Assembly: GCA_903916135.1 (NCBI GenBank)
Contig: CAIWVT010000347.1
Location: 1 to 35,259 of the forward strand
From: an uncultured bacterium
GTDB lineage: Bacteria; Bacteroidota; Bacteroidia; Bacteroidales; CAIWKO01
Direction: 5' to 3'
Length of the DNA stretch: 35,259 bases
The first letter of the stretch is position 1. Every line of letters starts with the position of its first letter. The notes under the pieces were generated by a model. That model searched no databases, was not told where the DNA came from, and was given only the letters and a program-made list of their open reading frames with translations. This document shows, one piece after another, positions 1 to 9,236 of this stretch. The translations under genes and the position numbers were made by a program.

Positions 1-84
1 CGATTCAAAATAATTATATCATTATATCATTGTATCATTGAATAATTTCACATTAACAAAATTAACCATTTAACAAAAAAAACA

Positions 85-1155
85 ATGCCATCAAACAAAA
101 GATTAGGTTTTTTAGACCGTTATTTAACCCTGTGGATTTTCTTAGCTATGGCAATAGGTGTGTTGTCGGGATATTACTTTCCTGCCATAGCTGAATTCTG
201 GGAATCCTTGAAATCGTCGCCGGAGAGTACCACCAACATCCCGATTGCTATCGGATTGATCGTGATGATGTTTCCGCCTTTAGCCAAAGTGAAATACGAG
301 GAGTTGGGCGATGTGTTCCGCAATTATAAAGTATTGTCCTTGTCGTTAATCCAAAACTGGGTGATAGGTCCGGTGTTGATGTTTGCGTTGGCAATTGCCT
401 TCTTCAAACTGTTTCCGGGCGAAAACAACGCCAACCTACCTTATATGTATGGTATCATCATGATTGGCTTGGCGCGTTGCATCGCCATGGTGATAGTTTG
501 GAACGATTTGGCGAAAGGCGACACACAGTATGCTGCCGGTTTGGTGGCATTCAATTCCATCTTTCAGGTGTTGTTCTTTTCGGTGTATGCGTATATATTT
601 ATCGCTGTGTTGCCCGGTTGGTTTGGCATCCCGACGAATCATTCCGTAGAAAATATCACCATTATGCAGATTGCAAAAAGCGTTTTTATTTATCTGGGCA
701 TACCCTTTATCGCAGGTTTCCTGACTCGTTATGTGCTCATCCGTGTGAAAAGCAAGGAATGGTATCATACGAAATTTGTGCCGAAGATTAGTCCGCTGAC
801 ACTTATAGCTCTGTTGTTTACCATCATTGTGATGTTCTCGCTCAGAGGCGAAACCATCATCAAAATACCGCTTGATGTGGTGCTGATAGCTATCCCCCTA
901 CTCATCTATTTTGTTATTATGTTTTTTGCATCATTTTATATGAGCAAGAACGTGGGAGCCACTTACGGACAATCGGTTACCTTATCGTTTACGGCAGCAA
1001 GCAATAATTTTGAGTTAGCTATAGCTGTTGCGATAGCGATATTTGGGATGAATTCGGGCGAAGCTTTTGCGGCGGTGATAGGTCCTTTGGTGGAAGTGCC
1101 CGTGATGATTGCTTTGGTGAATGTGGCGTTTTGGTTTAAGAAGAAATATTTTTAA
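85..1155 (+). CDS. acr3: ACR3-family arsenite efflux permease
   Basis: 356-aa polytopic membrane protein. The N-terminus [20 protein letters not shown] and the overall length and topology are typical of Acr3-type arsenical resistance transporters. Confidence 0.9.
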   Translation: MPSNKRLGFLDRYLTLWIFLAMAIGVLSGYYFPAIAEFWESLKSSPESTTNIPIAIGLIVMMFPPLAKVKYEELGDVFRNYKVLSLSLIQNWVIGPVLMFALAIAFFKLFPGENNANLPYMYGIIMIGLARCIAMVIVWNDLAKGDTQYAAGLVAFNSIFQVLFFSVYAYIFIAVLPGWFGIPTNHSVENITIMQIAKSVFIYLGIPFIAGFLTRYVLIRVKSKEWYHTKFVPKISPLTLIALLFTIIVMFSLRGETIIKIPLDVVLIAIPLLIYFVIMFFASFYMSKNVGATYGQSVTLSFTAASNNFELAIAVAIAIFGMNSGEAFAAVIGPLVEVPVMIALVNVAFWFKKKYF

Positions 1156-1452
1156 TCAAGCTATAGGATTTTTATTGGTATTGAATTCCTCTTTCAATTC
1201 TCTAATCATATCTTCATGAGAAATAAAATTACCATTTTTTAAGTCGCTACTGATGTCTTCTATATGTTGGATGTATTGCCGCTGAGTCAAAGGTTTTCCT
1301 TGGATAGTGAGCGCAACAGCTTTCTGGTTCATACTGCTGAACAAGCGACGTAAAAAACTTTCCTTTTCAGTTTCTGATAAACTTAAAAAGGCTGAATAAA
1401 ATAATTCTCCGGTAAGTTTTGAATCATCGAATTTTATATTTTGTGTGCTCAT
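1156..1452 (-). CDS. hypothetical small helical protein (98 aa), antitoxin-like at best
   Basis: The ORF abuts the acr3 stop convergently. The C-terminal segment GKPLTQRQYIQHIEDISSDLKNGNFISHEDMIRELKE resembles small addiction-module/antitoxin-type proteins of Bacteroidota. No partner toxin is present. Confidence 0.4.
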   Translation of the reverse strand: MSTQNIKFDDSKLTGELFYSAFLSLSETEKESFLRRLFSSMNQKAVALTIQGKPLTQRQYIQHIEDISSDLKNGNFISHEDMIRELKEEFNTNKNPIA

Positions 1453-1676
1453 AGTATTAGGGTTTTGAAATTCTGTTTTTTATTTTTCTTACTGCAAAAT
1501 TAAATAAATTTTGTTCTGTAGTATTTTTTTTTATCAATAACATAATGACAGCATGGCAGAAATTTTATCATTATCAAGTAGTTTAAAAAAAACTGATGGG
1601 CTACATAGTATTATTAGACAAAAAAAACATATCTAAACTGTTCTGTATTTTATGGTTCTGATGCCGTAAGCGTTTG

Positions 1677-1997
1677 CTATTTATTCATTTTTTGGAGTTT
1701 CTTCTCCCTTTTGATTTGATATTGGGTGATTTCTTTGAAGAGAGGATTTTTTGATGTAAATCGCAAATGTGTTAAAGCACAAGCGATTATTTCCTTATTA
1801 TCCAGTGAAAAGACACATAATATTCCCGATATAAAATCAGTATTAAGAATATTGGTGATTGTCAATTCTGTATTTAAAGTAACTTCTTGCCCTTTTTTTC
1901 TACAAATTTGCGTCAATTTGCGCGTTGGTAAAGCAGTGAACGGGAGAATTTTCTTCAATTCTGCTGTCAGCTCATCATAGCCTTCTAGGTTTGACAT
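1677..1997 (-). CDS. hypothetical basic protein (106 aa)
   Basis: Its start lies 6 bp downstream of the stop of 2004..2318 on the same strand, so the two form a tight two-gene unit. No recognisable domain. Confidence 0.4.
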   Translation of the reverse strand: MSNLEGYDELTAELKKILPFTALPTRKLTQICRKKGQEVTLNTELTITNILNTDFISGILCVFSLDNKEIIACALTHLRFTSKNPLFKEITQYQIKREKKLQKMNK

Positions 1998-2003
1998 AAC
2001 GAT

Positions 2004-2318
2004 TTACTTTTTCATAAACTTCCGTTTCACATTCGGTATCAGCATCACGTTTTCTATGTTCTCTGAAATTTCAAGGAGTACGGTTCTGAATTTCGATTGA
2101 GTTGGACGGTTTTCATAAAAGATGGCATTAATCGTGTCGAGGAGTATATCTTCACACAACCAGTGGTTTATGAGTACTTTTGCTTCCCGCAGAAATGCAC
2201 CTTCATTGTTGCAGGAATATGCCAATGCTCCAAATTCTATGCTTAAATCGGGATGGAAGTTTTCGGAATGTCCGATGATTGCATTATAGGTTTCGTTTGA
2301 TAAATCGTCTAAATCCAT
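2004..2318 (-). CDS. hypothetical small acidic protein (104 aa), paralogue of 2511..2822
   Basis: Aligns without gaps to the 2511..2822 product. Shared segments include MD..DLS.ETYN.II, ENF..DL, FL.E, LI..W, F.EN.P, NIE and IP..KRKF, at roughly 45 percent identity by eye. Confidence 0.55.
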   Translation of the reverse strand: MDLDDLSNETYNAIIGHSENFHPDLSIEFGALAYSCNNEGAFLREAKVLINHWLCEDILLDTINAIFYENRPTQSKFRTVLLEISENIENVMLIPNVKRKFMKK

Positions 2319-2510
2319 GGCTTATAGGTTTTATAGGTACGTTGTTTCGGTCAGTTTTCTATTTTAATTTTGCTTATGAATATCTTCTTCCAAATTGGAA
2401 AATTTCTTACACATTAAATAAATAGTAATCGGTTGCAAAATTAAATATTTTTGACCAATAAATTGATTCATTCTATGAAAATATTTTTTCAAACAATGAA
2501 ATAAAAATCA

Positions 2511-2822
2511 TCATAAATCAAATTTCCGCTTTTCCATAGGTATATTTCTAATAGTTTCGATGTTCTTTACAATTTTGTCTAACGTCTTTTTGAAATCTTT
2601 TTTCGATGGAAGATTTTCAAAAAACAAATCTTCTATCAGATCTTCCAAATCGCCTTCTTCAAACCACTCTTTTATGAGCGTTCCACATTCGCCAAGAAAT
2701 TCATTATCGGTGTCGCAATCAATTGCCATAACTTTGAATTCATGAGCCAAATCGTGATTGAAATTTTCGGCACACCTAATTATTCCGTTATACGTTTCTT
2801 GTGATAAATCATTTGTATCCAT
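2511..2822 (-). CDS. hypothetical small acidic protein (103 aa), paralogue of 2004..2318
   Basis: Same length and colinear conservation with the 2004..2318 product. Acidic and helical, immunity-protein-like in size and charge only. Confidence 0.55.
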   Translation of the reverse strand: MDTNDLSQETYNGIIRCAENFNHDLAHEFKVMAIDCDTDNEFLGECGTLIKEWFEEGDLEDLIEDLFFENLPSKKDFKKTLDKIVKNIETIRNIPMEKRKFDL

Positions 2823-3198
2823 TGATTTATAGTTTTAAGGTTTAGTACATGTCGCGCATTTATCTTATATAAAATCAGTTATTTAGAAATTTTTCCTTTT
2901 TTTAAATAAAATATAATGCTATCAAAATTGTAAGCAAAAGTAAACAATTACTTTATCATATTTATAATTTTTATTCCTAAAATTCCTTAAAAATTTGTTG
3001 ATTGATAATTTTGAATCAGTTGCAATTTGTTGATTTCAATTTTTGATTATGCTACCATATCATTATAGTTGAAGCTCATTTTTTTGCTTCGATTTTGTCA
3101 ATATCATTGAGAAAAAATCGCGATGAGCAAATTTAAACTTCATAACTGATGTTTCGCAAAAGCCTATTTTCTTTACTTATTTTAATTGGTTTCCGGTT

Positions 3199-3315
3199 AA
3201 ATATATCGTCCATAACGAGACGTAAAAAACCGTGTGTTGAAATTTTTTACAAACAATAAATCTCTACGGAATAGTTGGTTTCAGCGTGCAAGATAGTCCC
3301 GTAGGGACATAATAT
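3199..3315. repeat. hairpin-rich ~117-bp repeat, copy 1
   Basis: Colinear with 3457..3572. Order of elements: aaatat.tcgtcc.taacg.gacgtaaaaaaccgt.tgttgaaatttt ... atc.ctacgg.ata ... tttcagc.tgcaagatagtcc.g.agggacataatat. Contains three short GC-clamped stems of the tccc/ggga type. Confidence 0.7.
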
Positions 3316-3456
3316 TTATAGAAAAATAAACCAACACACTATGTAAGTCCCGTAGGGACGTAATATAGCTGAAACTTAAGCCCCGTAAGGAATTGAAAGT
3401 GATGAAAACCATTTTTTTCAAGCAACAATGATTGTTTTTTCATTGTTATCCGTATA

Positions 3457-3572
3457 AATATTTCGTCCCTAACGGGACGTAAAAAACCGTATGTTGAAAT
3501 TTTCTATAAACATCAAATCCCTACGGGATAGAGAATTTCAGCTTGCAAGATAGTCCAGTTGGGACATAATAT
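3457..3572. repeat. hairpin-rich ~117-bp repeat, copy 2
   Basis: Direct repeat of 3199..3315. Also has a long-range stem, tgaaattttc paired with gagaatttca, enclosing the atccctacgggat hairpin. Confidence 0.7.
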
Positions 3573-3841
3573 CGATAGGAATATTGACCACCACGAGATC
3601 TAAGCTCAATCGTGGCGAAATAGTTCTAAAATATTCATTAATGAAGACATTCCACGTTGTTTAAAGAATTTTCCTCAAACACCACAATTCCCCAAAAAAT
3701 CCACATCCCTTCAATGAGTCGAAAATTCAGCAACGCATGGAACTATGCTTCTAAATGCTTCTAATCACCTTGTTTTCATTGGTTTATGATAAGATAAACC
3801 TTTAGAAAAATGTGTTTTCATCAAAAAAAATACTTACTATT

Positions 3842-4095
3842 GATGTAAAATGCATTTTTCATTGAATCTAGTTAACCAATATGGATGAAAAATACATTTT
3901 CCATTGAATCTAGTTAACCAATATGGATGATAAATACATTTTCCATTGAATCTAGTTAACTTGTTTTGATGAAAAATACATTTTCCATTGAATCTAGTTA
4001 ACCAATATGGATGAAAAATACATTTTTCATTGAATATAGTTATTTTTTTGGATGTAAACTAAATTTTCTATTGAAACTTAGTTCTATATATCAAT
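3842..4095. repeat. 42-bp tandem array (5 good copies plus 1 degenerate)
   Basis: The unit gatgaaaaatacattttccattgaatctagttaaccaatatg starts at 3842, 3884, 3926, 3968 and 4010, an exact 42-bp spacing. A decayed copy starts near 4051. Confidence 0.9.
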
Positions 4096-4267
4096 GCTAA
4101 CTCTATTTTTTTTATAAAATAAATATACATAAAAAAACGATTCAACTATTTCACTAAATAGGTGATTTAGAACATTCTTTGTCATCATATTTCTAAAATA
4201 AATTGCTTTCAAAACATCTATATTTTAAAAAAAATCAATGAATTTTAATAAATTTTCACTAAAAAGA

Positions 4268-4296
4268 TTGTTTAATTATAATTATGTGTATTTTTG
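4268..4296 (+). promoter_or_regulatory. putative Bacteroidota sigma-A promoter for the 4347 ORF
   Basis: TTG at 4268-4270, then 18 bp, then TATTTTTG (matches TAnnTTTG) at 4289-4296, about 50 bp upstream of the ATG. Confidence 0.3.
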
Positions 4297-4346
4297 TGCC
4301 AAAATAAATTTTTCATCGTAGTATTAATTAAAAAAATCGAAAGAAA

Positions 4347-5309
4347 ATGGCAGACAATTATGGCACACACATGGGTAAAAATCCCATAAAGGTATCAATG
4401 GATAGTTGCTTATCCAATGCAGTGGAAATATCACAATCCACCACCGACTCTTTGTTAGCCTACACAGGCAACGACGCAAGAGTGATAGCAGCAAAAAATT
4501 ATCATGTTCCGCTCAATGCCGTTCTGCAGTCGGAAGCTCCAAAGCAAGTTGCGTTCCTTGAAGCACAAAAAACAGCTACTAAACAAGTGAAATTGACGGT
4601 GGCAGATATGCAAATCAACCTGAAGAGTTGGACACGTCAGATTGATGCCGTATATAATGAAGGTACAGAAAAATATGACCTGCTTCTGATTGATGGTGCC
4701 ACAAGTTTTTATAAAGGCTCGCGCACCGACCGTAAAATCCGTGTGGATGCATTGATAGTTGCCATTGGTAGTGATCCACTTTTATCTGACCTGAAAATTC
4801 AAGTGCAGGCGTATTCAGATTTGTTGGCTGGCAAAACTGCTAAACAAAGCAGCGGCAAAACTGCCGTTAAAGACAATTCGGTTTTAGTGAAAAAAGCCGT
4901 TGACAATGCTTCTAAAGGATTATGGTTTGTTTATTGCAGTTTGATATTGGTGTTTATTGAAAATCCGGCTCAGGCGTTGGCATTTTTTCCTATGCGATTG
5001 ATATATAAGGCTGCCAACGAAAAACGTTATATAGTGATGATTTTAGAACATTGCATCAAAAAATTATGTATTCACTTGTTCAAAGCCGGCGAAACCATCA
5101 CGATGACCAATGATGGCACCGTTGATGTGCAAATCGGATTGGCGCTAAACGCAAAATCAACTGTGGTACTGTGGTATAATTTGCCCGCAGGACACACCGT
5201 AACGATTTCTCCGGCGCTGCTTGGCGATCTTTCCTACAAATTTGTGATGCTCAAAAATGAAGATTTAGAACTTAGAGGACATATCACCTTTGTTATTAAT
5301 GTGGCTTAA
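4347..5309 (+). CDS. hypothetical protein (320 aa), no recognisable family
   Basis: Long ORF with normal coding texture and no signal peptide. The N-terminal half looks helical and the C-terminal ~90 aa are beta-rich. Confidence 0.6.
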   Translation: MADNYGTHMGKNPIKVSMDSCLSNAVEISQSTTDSLLAYTGNDARVIAAKNYHVPLNAVLQSEAPKQVAFLEAQKTATKQVKLTVADMQINLKSWTRQIDAVYNEGTEKYDLLLIDGATSFYKGSRTDRKIRVDALIVAIGSDPLLSDLKIQVQAYSDLLAGKTAKQSSGKTAVKDNSVLVKKAVDNASKGLWFVYCSLILVFIENPAQALAFFPMRLIYKAANEKRYIVMILEHCIKKLCIHLFKAGETITMTNDGTVDVQIGLALNAKSTVVLWYNLPAGHTVTISPALLGDLSYKFVMLKNEDLELRGHITFVINVA

Positions 5310-5570
5310 GCTGAAAAATAGCTTAAAAATATCTCTCCTTTATATACTAATTTTGCCAAAAAATTGTTATTGATGCTATCAAATAACAATGCGAATTATT
5401 ATAATTTTTTTTTTAATTTTGTACACGATTTCATGCAGGCATTGATTTTTGCCAAGCATTTGATATTCATTATATAAAATGAAACAAAAGGTATGACTCA
5501 TCCGCAGGAAATTTGAAAAATAATTCAAAAATATTTCAATAATCAAAAAACTCCAAAAAAGTAACATCGT

Positions 5571-6650
5571 ATGAAAACAAAATTGATTTTATTTCTATTA
5601 AGCCTTCTAAGCATCGCCGTCAGTGCACAAAACAAAGCCATTTTGAAGTTCGACAACGTGGCACACGATTTCGGAAAAATAAAAGAAGAGGGCGGTAAAG
5701 TGATTGCAACCTACACATTTACAAACTTAGGCACCGACACCCTTCGGATTCAAGAAGCCAAACCATCGTGCGGCTGCATCAGTGCCGAATGGACCATGAC
5801 GCCCGTAGCACCCGGAAAAACCGGTTACGTTAAAGGGATATACAATCCCTATCACATGTCCGGCTCATTCGACAAATCAATTTGGGTGCACTCCAATGCC
5901 GCCATCCCCGACATCACACTTGCCATAAAAGGCGAAGTCATCCCCAAAATCAAAACCTTACAAGATTCATTTCCTATCGTGAACGGAAGCCTCAGAATGC
6001 CCGGCAAAGGATTCTATTTGCGCAACATACCCAACACCGAAATCAAAAAAGATTCTATGCTGCTCTATAATGCAGGCGATGCAACCCTAACTCTTTCGTT
6101 CAAAGACTATCCGACTTACGTTACCTGCGCAGCCAAACCTAATTCCATTGGTCCCAAACAACATGCGAAAATTTTGATAACCTACGACGCCTCCAAAAAA
6201 GGCGAATATGGCGTGGTTTCAGATACGCTAACCCTTGTTACAAATGATGCAACGATTCCCAACAAAAAAATTAACATCTCCGCAACCCTTATGGACGATT
6301 TCTCCAAATTGACTGCCGAACAAAGAGAAAATGCACCCAAAATTGTATTTATTTCTGATAATATTGACTTTGGTACGGCAAAATCGGGCGAAACAGTCAA
6401 AACCACATTCGAATTCACCAACAAAGGAAAAGATATGTTGATTATCCGCAAAGCAACACCCTATAGAACTGATTGTAAAGTAACTATCGAAGGTAGCGAC
6501 CATATCGCAGCGGATAAAACCGGAAAAATCACCATCGAATTCAACACTGCAAGCATCGTGGGAGATGAAAAAAGAACTGCGATGGTAACAACCAACGATC
6601 CAACACGTTCATTCCTCATACTGGTTATGAAAGGAAAAATTACTCAATAA
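5571..6650 (+). CDS. DUF1573 domain-containing secreted protein
   Basis: Signal peptide MKTKLILFLLSLLSIAVSAQ. Hallmark DUF1573 segment FDNVAHDFGKIKEEGGKVIATYTFTNLGTDTLRIQEAKPSCGC, with further Ig-like repeats of the same pattern (IDFGTAKSGETVKTTFEFTNKGKDMLII). Confidence 0.85.
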   Translation: MKTKLILFLLSLLSIAVSAQNKAILKFDNVAHDFGKIKEEGGKVIATYTFTNLGTDTLRIQEAKPSCGCISAEWTMTPVAPGKTGYVKGIYNPYHMSGSFDKSIWVHSNAAIPDITLAIKGEVIPKIKTLQDSFPIVNGSLRMPGKGFYLRNIPNTEIKKDSMLLYNAGDATLTLSFKDYPTYVTCAAKPNSIGPKQHAKILITYDASKKGEYGVVSDTLTLVTNDATIPNKKINISATLMDDFSKLTAEQRENAPKIVFISDNIDFGTAKSGETVKTTFEFTNKGKDMLIIRKATPYRTDCKVTIEGSDHIAADKTGKITIEFNTASIVGDEKRTAMVTTNDPTRSFLILVMKGKITQ

Positions 6651-6665
6651 CACATCCCACTAACT

Positions 6666-7760
6666 ATGTCGAAACTAAAGAAATACCTCCCCTGGAGCAT
6701 TAGGATATTCATATTCATTATGTTTATGGTATCGGGCATCGCCAAAATGTTTCCGATTTGGGCATTCGAAAAACAATTCGTGGATTTAGGTTTTGCTTCG
6801 TGGTGCAATGCCCCCTACTTCGCCCGACTCATCATTGCCTTAGAAATTGCCATTGGATTCGGAATCCTGCAGCCCCACTATATCAAAAAGATAGTGATTC
6901 CTGGCACCATTTTGCTTTTAGCCGCTTTTTGTGTTCATCTCACCATCGAAATGTTTGCACATGGTGCTATGACCGGAAATTGCGGTTGCTTCGGACAACT
7001 CATTCCCATGACACCTTTAGAAGCATTCATCAAAAATATCATCTGCATCGCCCTGCTGATTTATCTTTTCAGAAACGTGAACGACAAACCTAAAGGAGAA
7101 AACAAAATCATTTACCTCGTGGCTCTCTATTTAGCCTCTGCCCTATTTATGTTCGCTATCTTTACGTTTTGTCCATGCAAAAAAACAGAAGCAATTGTGC
7201 CTAACATAAATGTAAGCGATTCAATTAAAGAAACTTCTCTTAGGATTGATTCACCTTCGGTGGATAAGATAAAGCCTGCGAATCAAGATAATGCAGTCAA
7301 AAATAATGACTCCACGCTGGGAGCCGTAGTACCTGCTCCGGTCGAAAAAGGTCCTCCACCGATGAAATCACGCTATAGTTTTCTCACCAACTTTAGTAAT
7401 AAAACTGTCCATCTCGATGAAGGAAAGAAAATCCTATGTTTTTTCTCAGCCGGCTGCGATCATTGTCAGCACACCGCCAAACAATTACACGACTTAGCGA
7501 AGAAAATTCCCTTGCCTCCCGTTTATGTTATTTTTATGAATGAAGAAGTGGACAAAATTCCTGAATTTTTCACAATAGCTGAATGTAAATTCCCTTACAC
7601 AATTATGGAAGTTCCAGCCTTTTGGGACCTGTTGGGCAGCAATGCCGACACACCCGGAGTCGTCCTACTTTGGAATGGACACATCATTAAATTCTACGAA
7701 GGTTTAGAAGCAAACACATTCAATGTGGATGAATTTCAGAAATTATGCACAGCAAAATGA
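6666..7760 (+). CDS. MauE/DoxX-family membrane protein fused to a thioredoxin-like domain
   Basis: The N-terminal 4-5 TM segment (IRIFIFIMFMVSGIAKMFP...) is typical of MauE/DoxX. The C-terminal soluble domain has a CxxC motif (FFSAGCDHCQH). Pairing with a DUF1573 gene is a common arrangement. Confidence 0.75.
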   Translation: MSKLKKYLPWSIRIFIFIMFMVSGIAKMFPIWAFEKQFVDLGFASWCNAPYFARLIIALEIAIGFGILQPHYIKKIVIPGTILLLAAFCVHLTIEMFAHGAMTGNCGCFGQLIPMTPLEAFIKNIICIALLIYLFRNVNDKPKGENKIIYLVALYLASALFMFAIFTFCPCKKTEAIVPNINVSDSIKETSLRIDSPSVDKIKPANQDNAVKNNDSTLGAVVPAPVEKGPPPMKSRYSFLTNFSNKTVHLDEGKKILCFFSAGCDHCQHTAKQLHDLAKKIPLPPVYVIFMNEEVDKIPEFFTIAECKFPYTIMEVPAFWDLLGSNADTPGVVLLWNGHIIKFYEGLEANTFNVDEFQKLCTAK

Positions 7761-7868
7761 TTATTTTGTTGTATATTTGCAATGAATTATAAAATAATAA
7801 TCATCAGGAATTTTAAAAAAAAATCCATCGTGACTTATTGTTAATTCATTTACGAAATAAAACAAAAC

Positions 7869-9173
7869 ATGAAATCATTTGAAATAATCGGCGGAAAAAC
7901 CCTTCACGGAGAAATCGTACCACAAGGTGCAAAAAACGAAGCATTACAAGTAATTTGCGCCACGGTACTTTGCCCTGAACGAATAACAATCAGCAACGTC
8001 CCCAACATTCAAGACGTCAACAAACTCATCGAATTAGTTTCCGATTTAGGTGTTGATGTCATCAAACTATCCCACGATACCTATAGTTTTAAAGCAGATA
8101 ATATCCGTATGGATTATCTTGCTTCGCCTAAGTTTTTAGAACAAACTACTAGCCTTCGCGGTTCCGTGATGCTCATTGGACCTTTGTTAGCTCGTTTTGG
8201 CAAAGCCTATATGCCCAAGCCTGGGGGCGATAAAATCGGTCGCCGCCGCCTCGACACTCACCTTTTGGGTTTGCAAAACTTGGGTGCAAAGGTTGAATAC
8301 GACTATACCAACAACACCTATCAAATCATTGCCAACAAACTCATAGGTTGCGACATGTTGTTAGATGAAGCTTCCGTAACAGGAACGGCTAACATCGTGA
8401 TGGCTGCCGTGATGGCTGAAGGAACCACCACCATTCTTAACGCTGCTTCCGAACCTTATGTGGTGCAATTATGCAACATGCTCAACAATATGGGTGCTAA
8501 AATCAGCGGTGTTCGTTCCAACCTGCTCACCATCGAAGGCGTAACATCTTTGCATGGATGCGAACATCGTTTGTTGCCCGATATGATTGAAATTGGTAGT
8601 TTCATTGGCTTAGCTGCCATGACTCAGTCGAGCATCACCATCAAGGATTGTGGCTACAAACATCTTGGAATAGTTCCCGATGTCTTCAGAAAACTTGGAA
8701 TTATAATCGAGCGCATCGGCGACGACATCTTCATTCCTGCGCAAGAAGAATACGAGATAGAGAATTACATTGACGGTTCCATCTTAACCATATCCGACGC
8801 TCCTTGGCCCGGCTTCACCCCCGACCTTATCAGCGTTGCCCTTGTGGTTGCCACTCAGGCAAAAGGAAGCGTATTGATTCACCAAAAGATGTTCGAAAGC
8901 CGATTGTTTTTTGTAGATAAGCTCATTGATATGGGTGCCAAAATAATCCTCTGCGACCCCCATCGCGCTACAGTTATTGGGCTAAACCGCCAAAATCCCT
9001 TACGCGGCATCATCATGACTTCGCCCGACATACGTGCCGGAGTAGCTTTGCTCATTGCTGCACTCTCTGCCAATGGAAAAAGCACCATCAACAATATCGA
9101 ACAAATTGACCGTGGTTATCAAAACATTGACGAACGTTTGCGCAACCTTGGCGCAGAAATTATCCGTAAATAA
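7869..9173 (+). CDS. murA: UDP-N-acetylglucosamine 1-carboxyvinyltransferase
   Basis: 434 aa with N-terminus GGKTLHGEIVPQGAKNEALQVICA and active-site loop KPGGDKIGRRRLDTH. Full-length colinearity with MurA. Confidence 0.92.
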   Translation: MKSFEIIGGKTLHGEIVPQGAKNEALQVICATVLCPERITISNVPNIQDVNKLIELVSDLGVDVIKLSHDTYSFKADNIRMDYLASPKFLEQTTSLRGSVMLIGPLLARFGKAYMPKPGGDKIGRRRLDTHLLGLQNLGAKVEYDYTNNTYQIIANKLIGCDMLLDEASVTGTANIVMAAVMAEGTTTILNAASEPYVVQLCNMLNNMGAKISGVRSNLLTIEGVTSLHGCEHRLLPDMIEIGSFIGLAAMTQSSITIKDCGYKHLGIVPDVFRKLGIIIERIGDDIFIPAQEEYEIENYIDGSILTISDAPWPGFTPDLISVALVVATQAKGSVLIHQKMFESRLFFVDKLIDMGAKIILCDPHRATVIGLNRQNPLRGIIMTSPDIRAGVALLIAALSANGKSTINNIEQIDRGYQNIDERLRNLGAEIIRK

Positions 9174-9236
9174 GCTCGCATACACAATATTTTTCTACTT
9201 TTGTAGTATTATTTAGAGAAAATATAAATACTACAC

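Noticed and set aside
5363-5390. A 9-bp AT-rich stem (attgttatt / aataacaat) after the 4347 gene, considered as a possible terminator.
   Set aside because: The stem is all A/T apart from one G-C pair, the loop is 10 nt, and the T-run starts about 15 nt further on. This is too weak to call.
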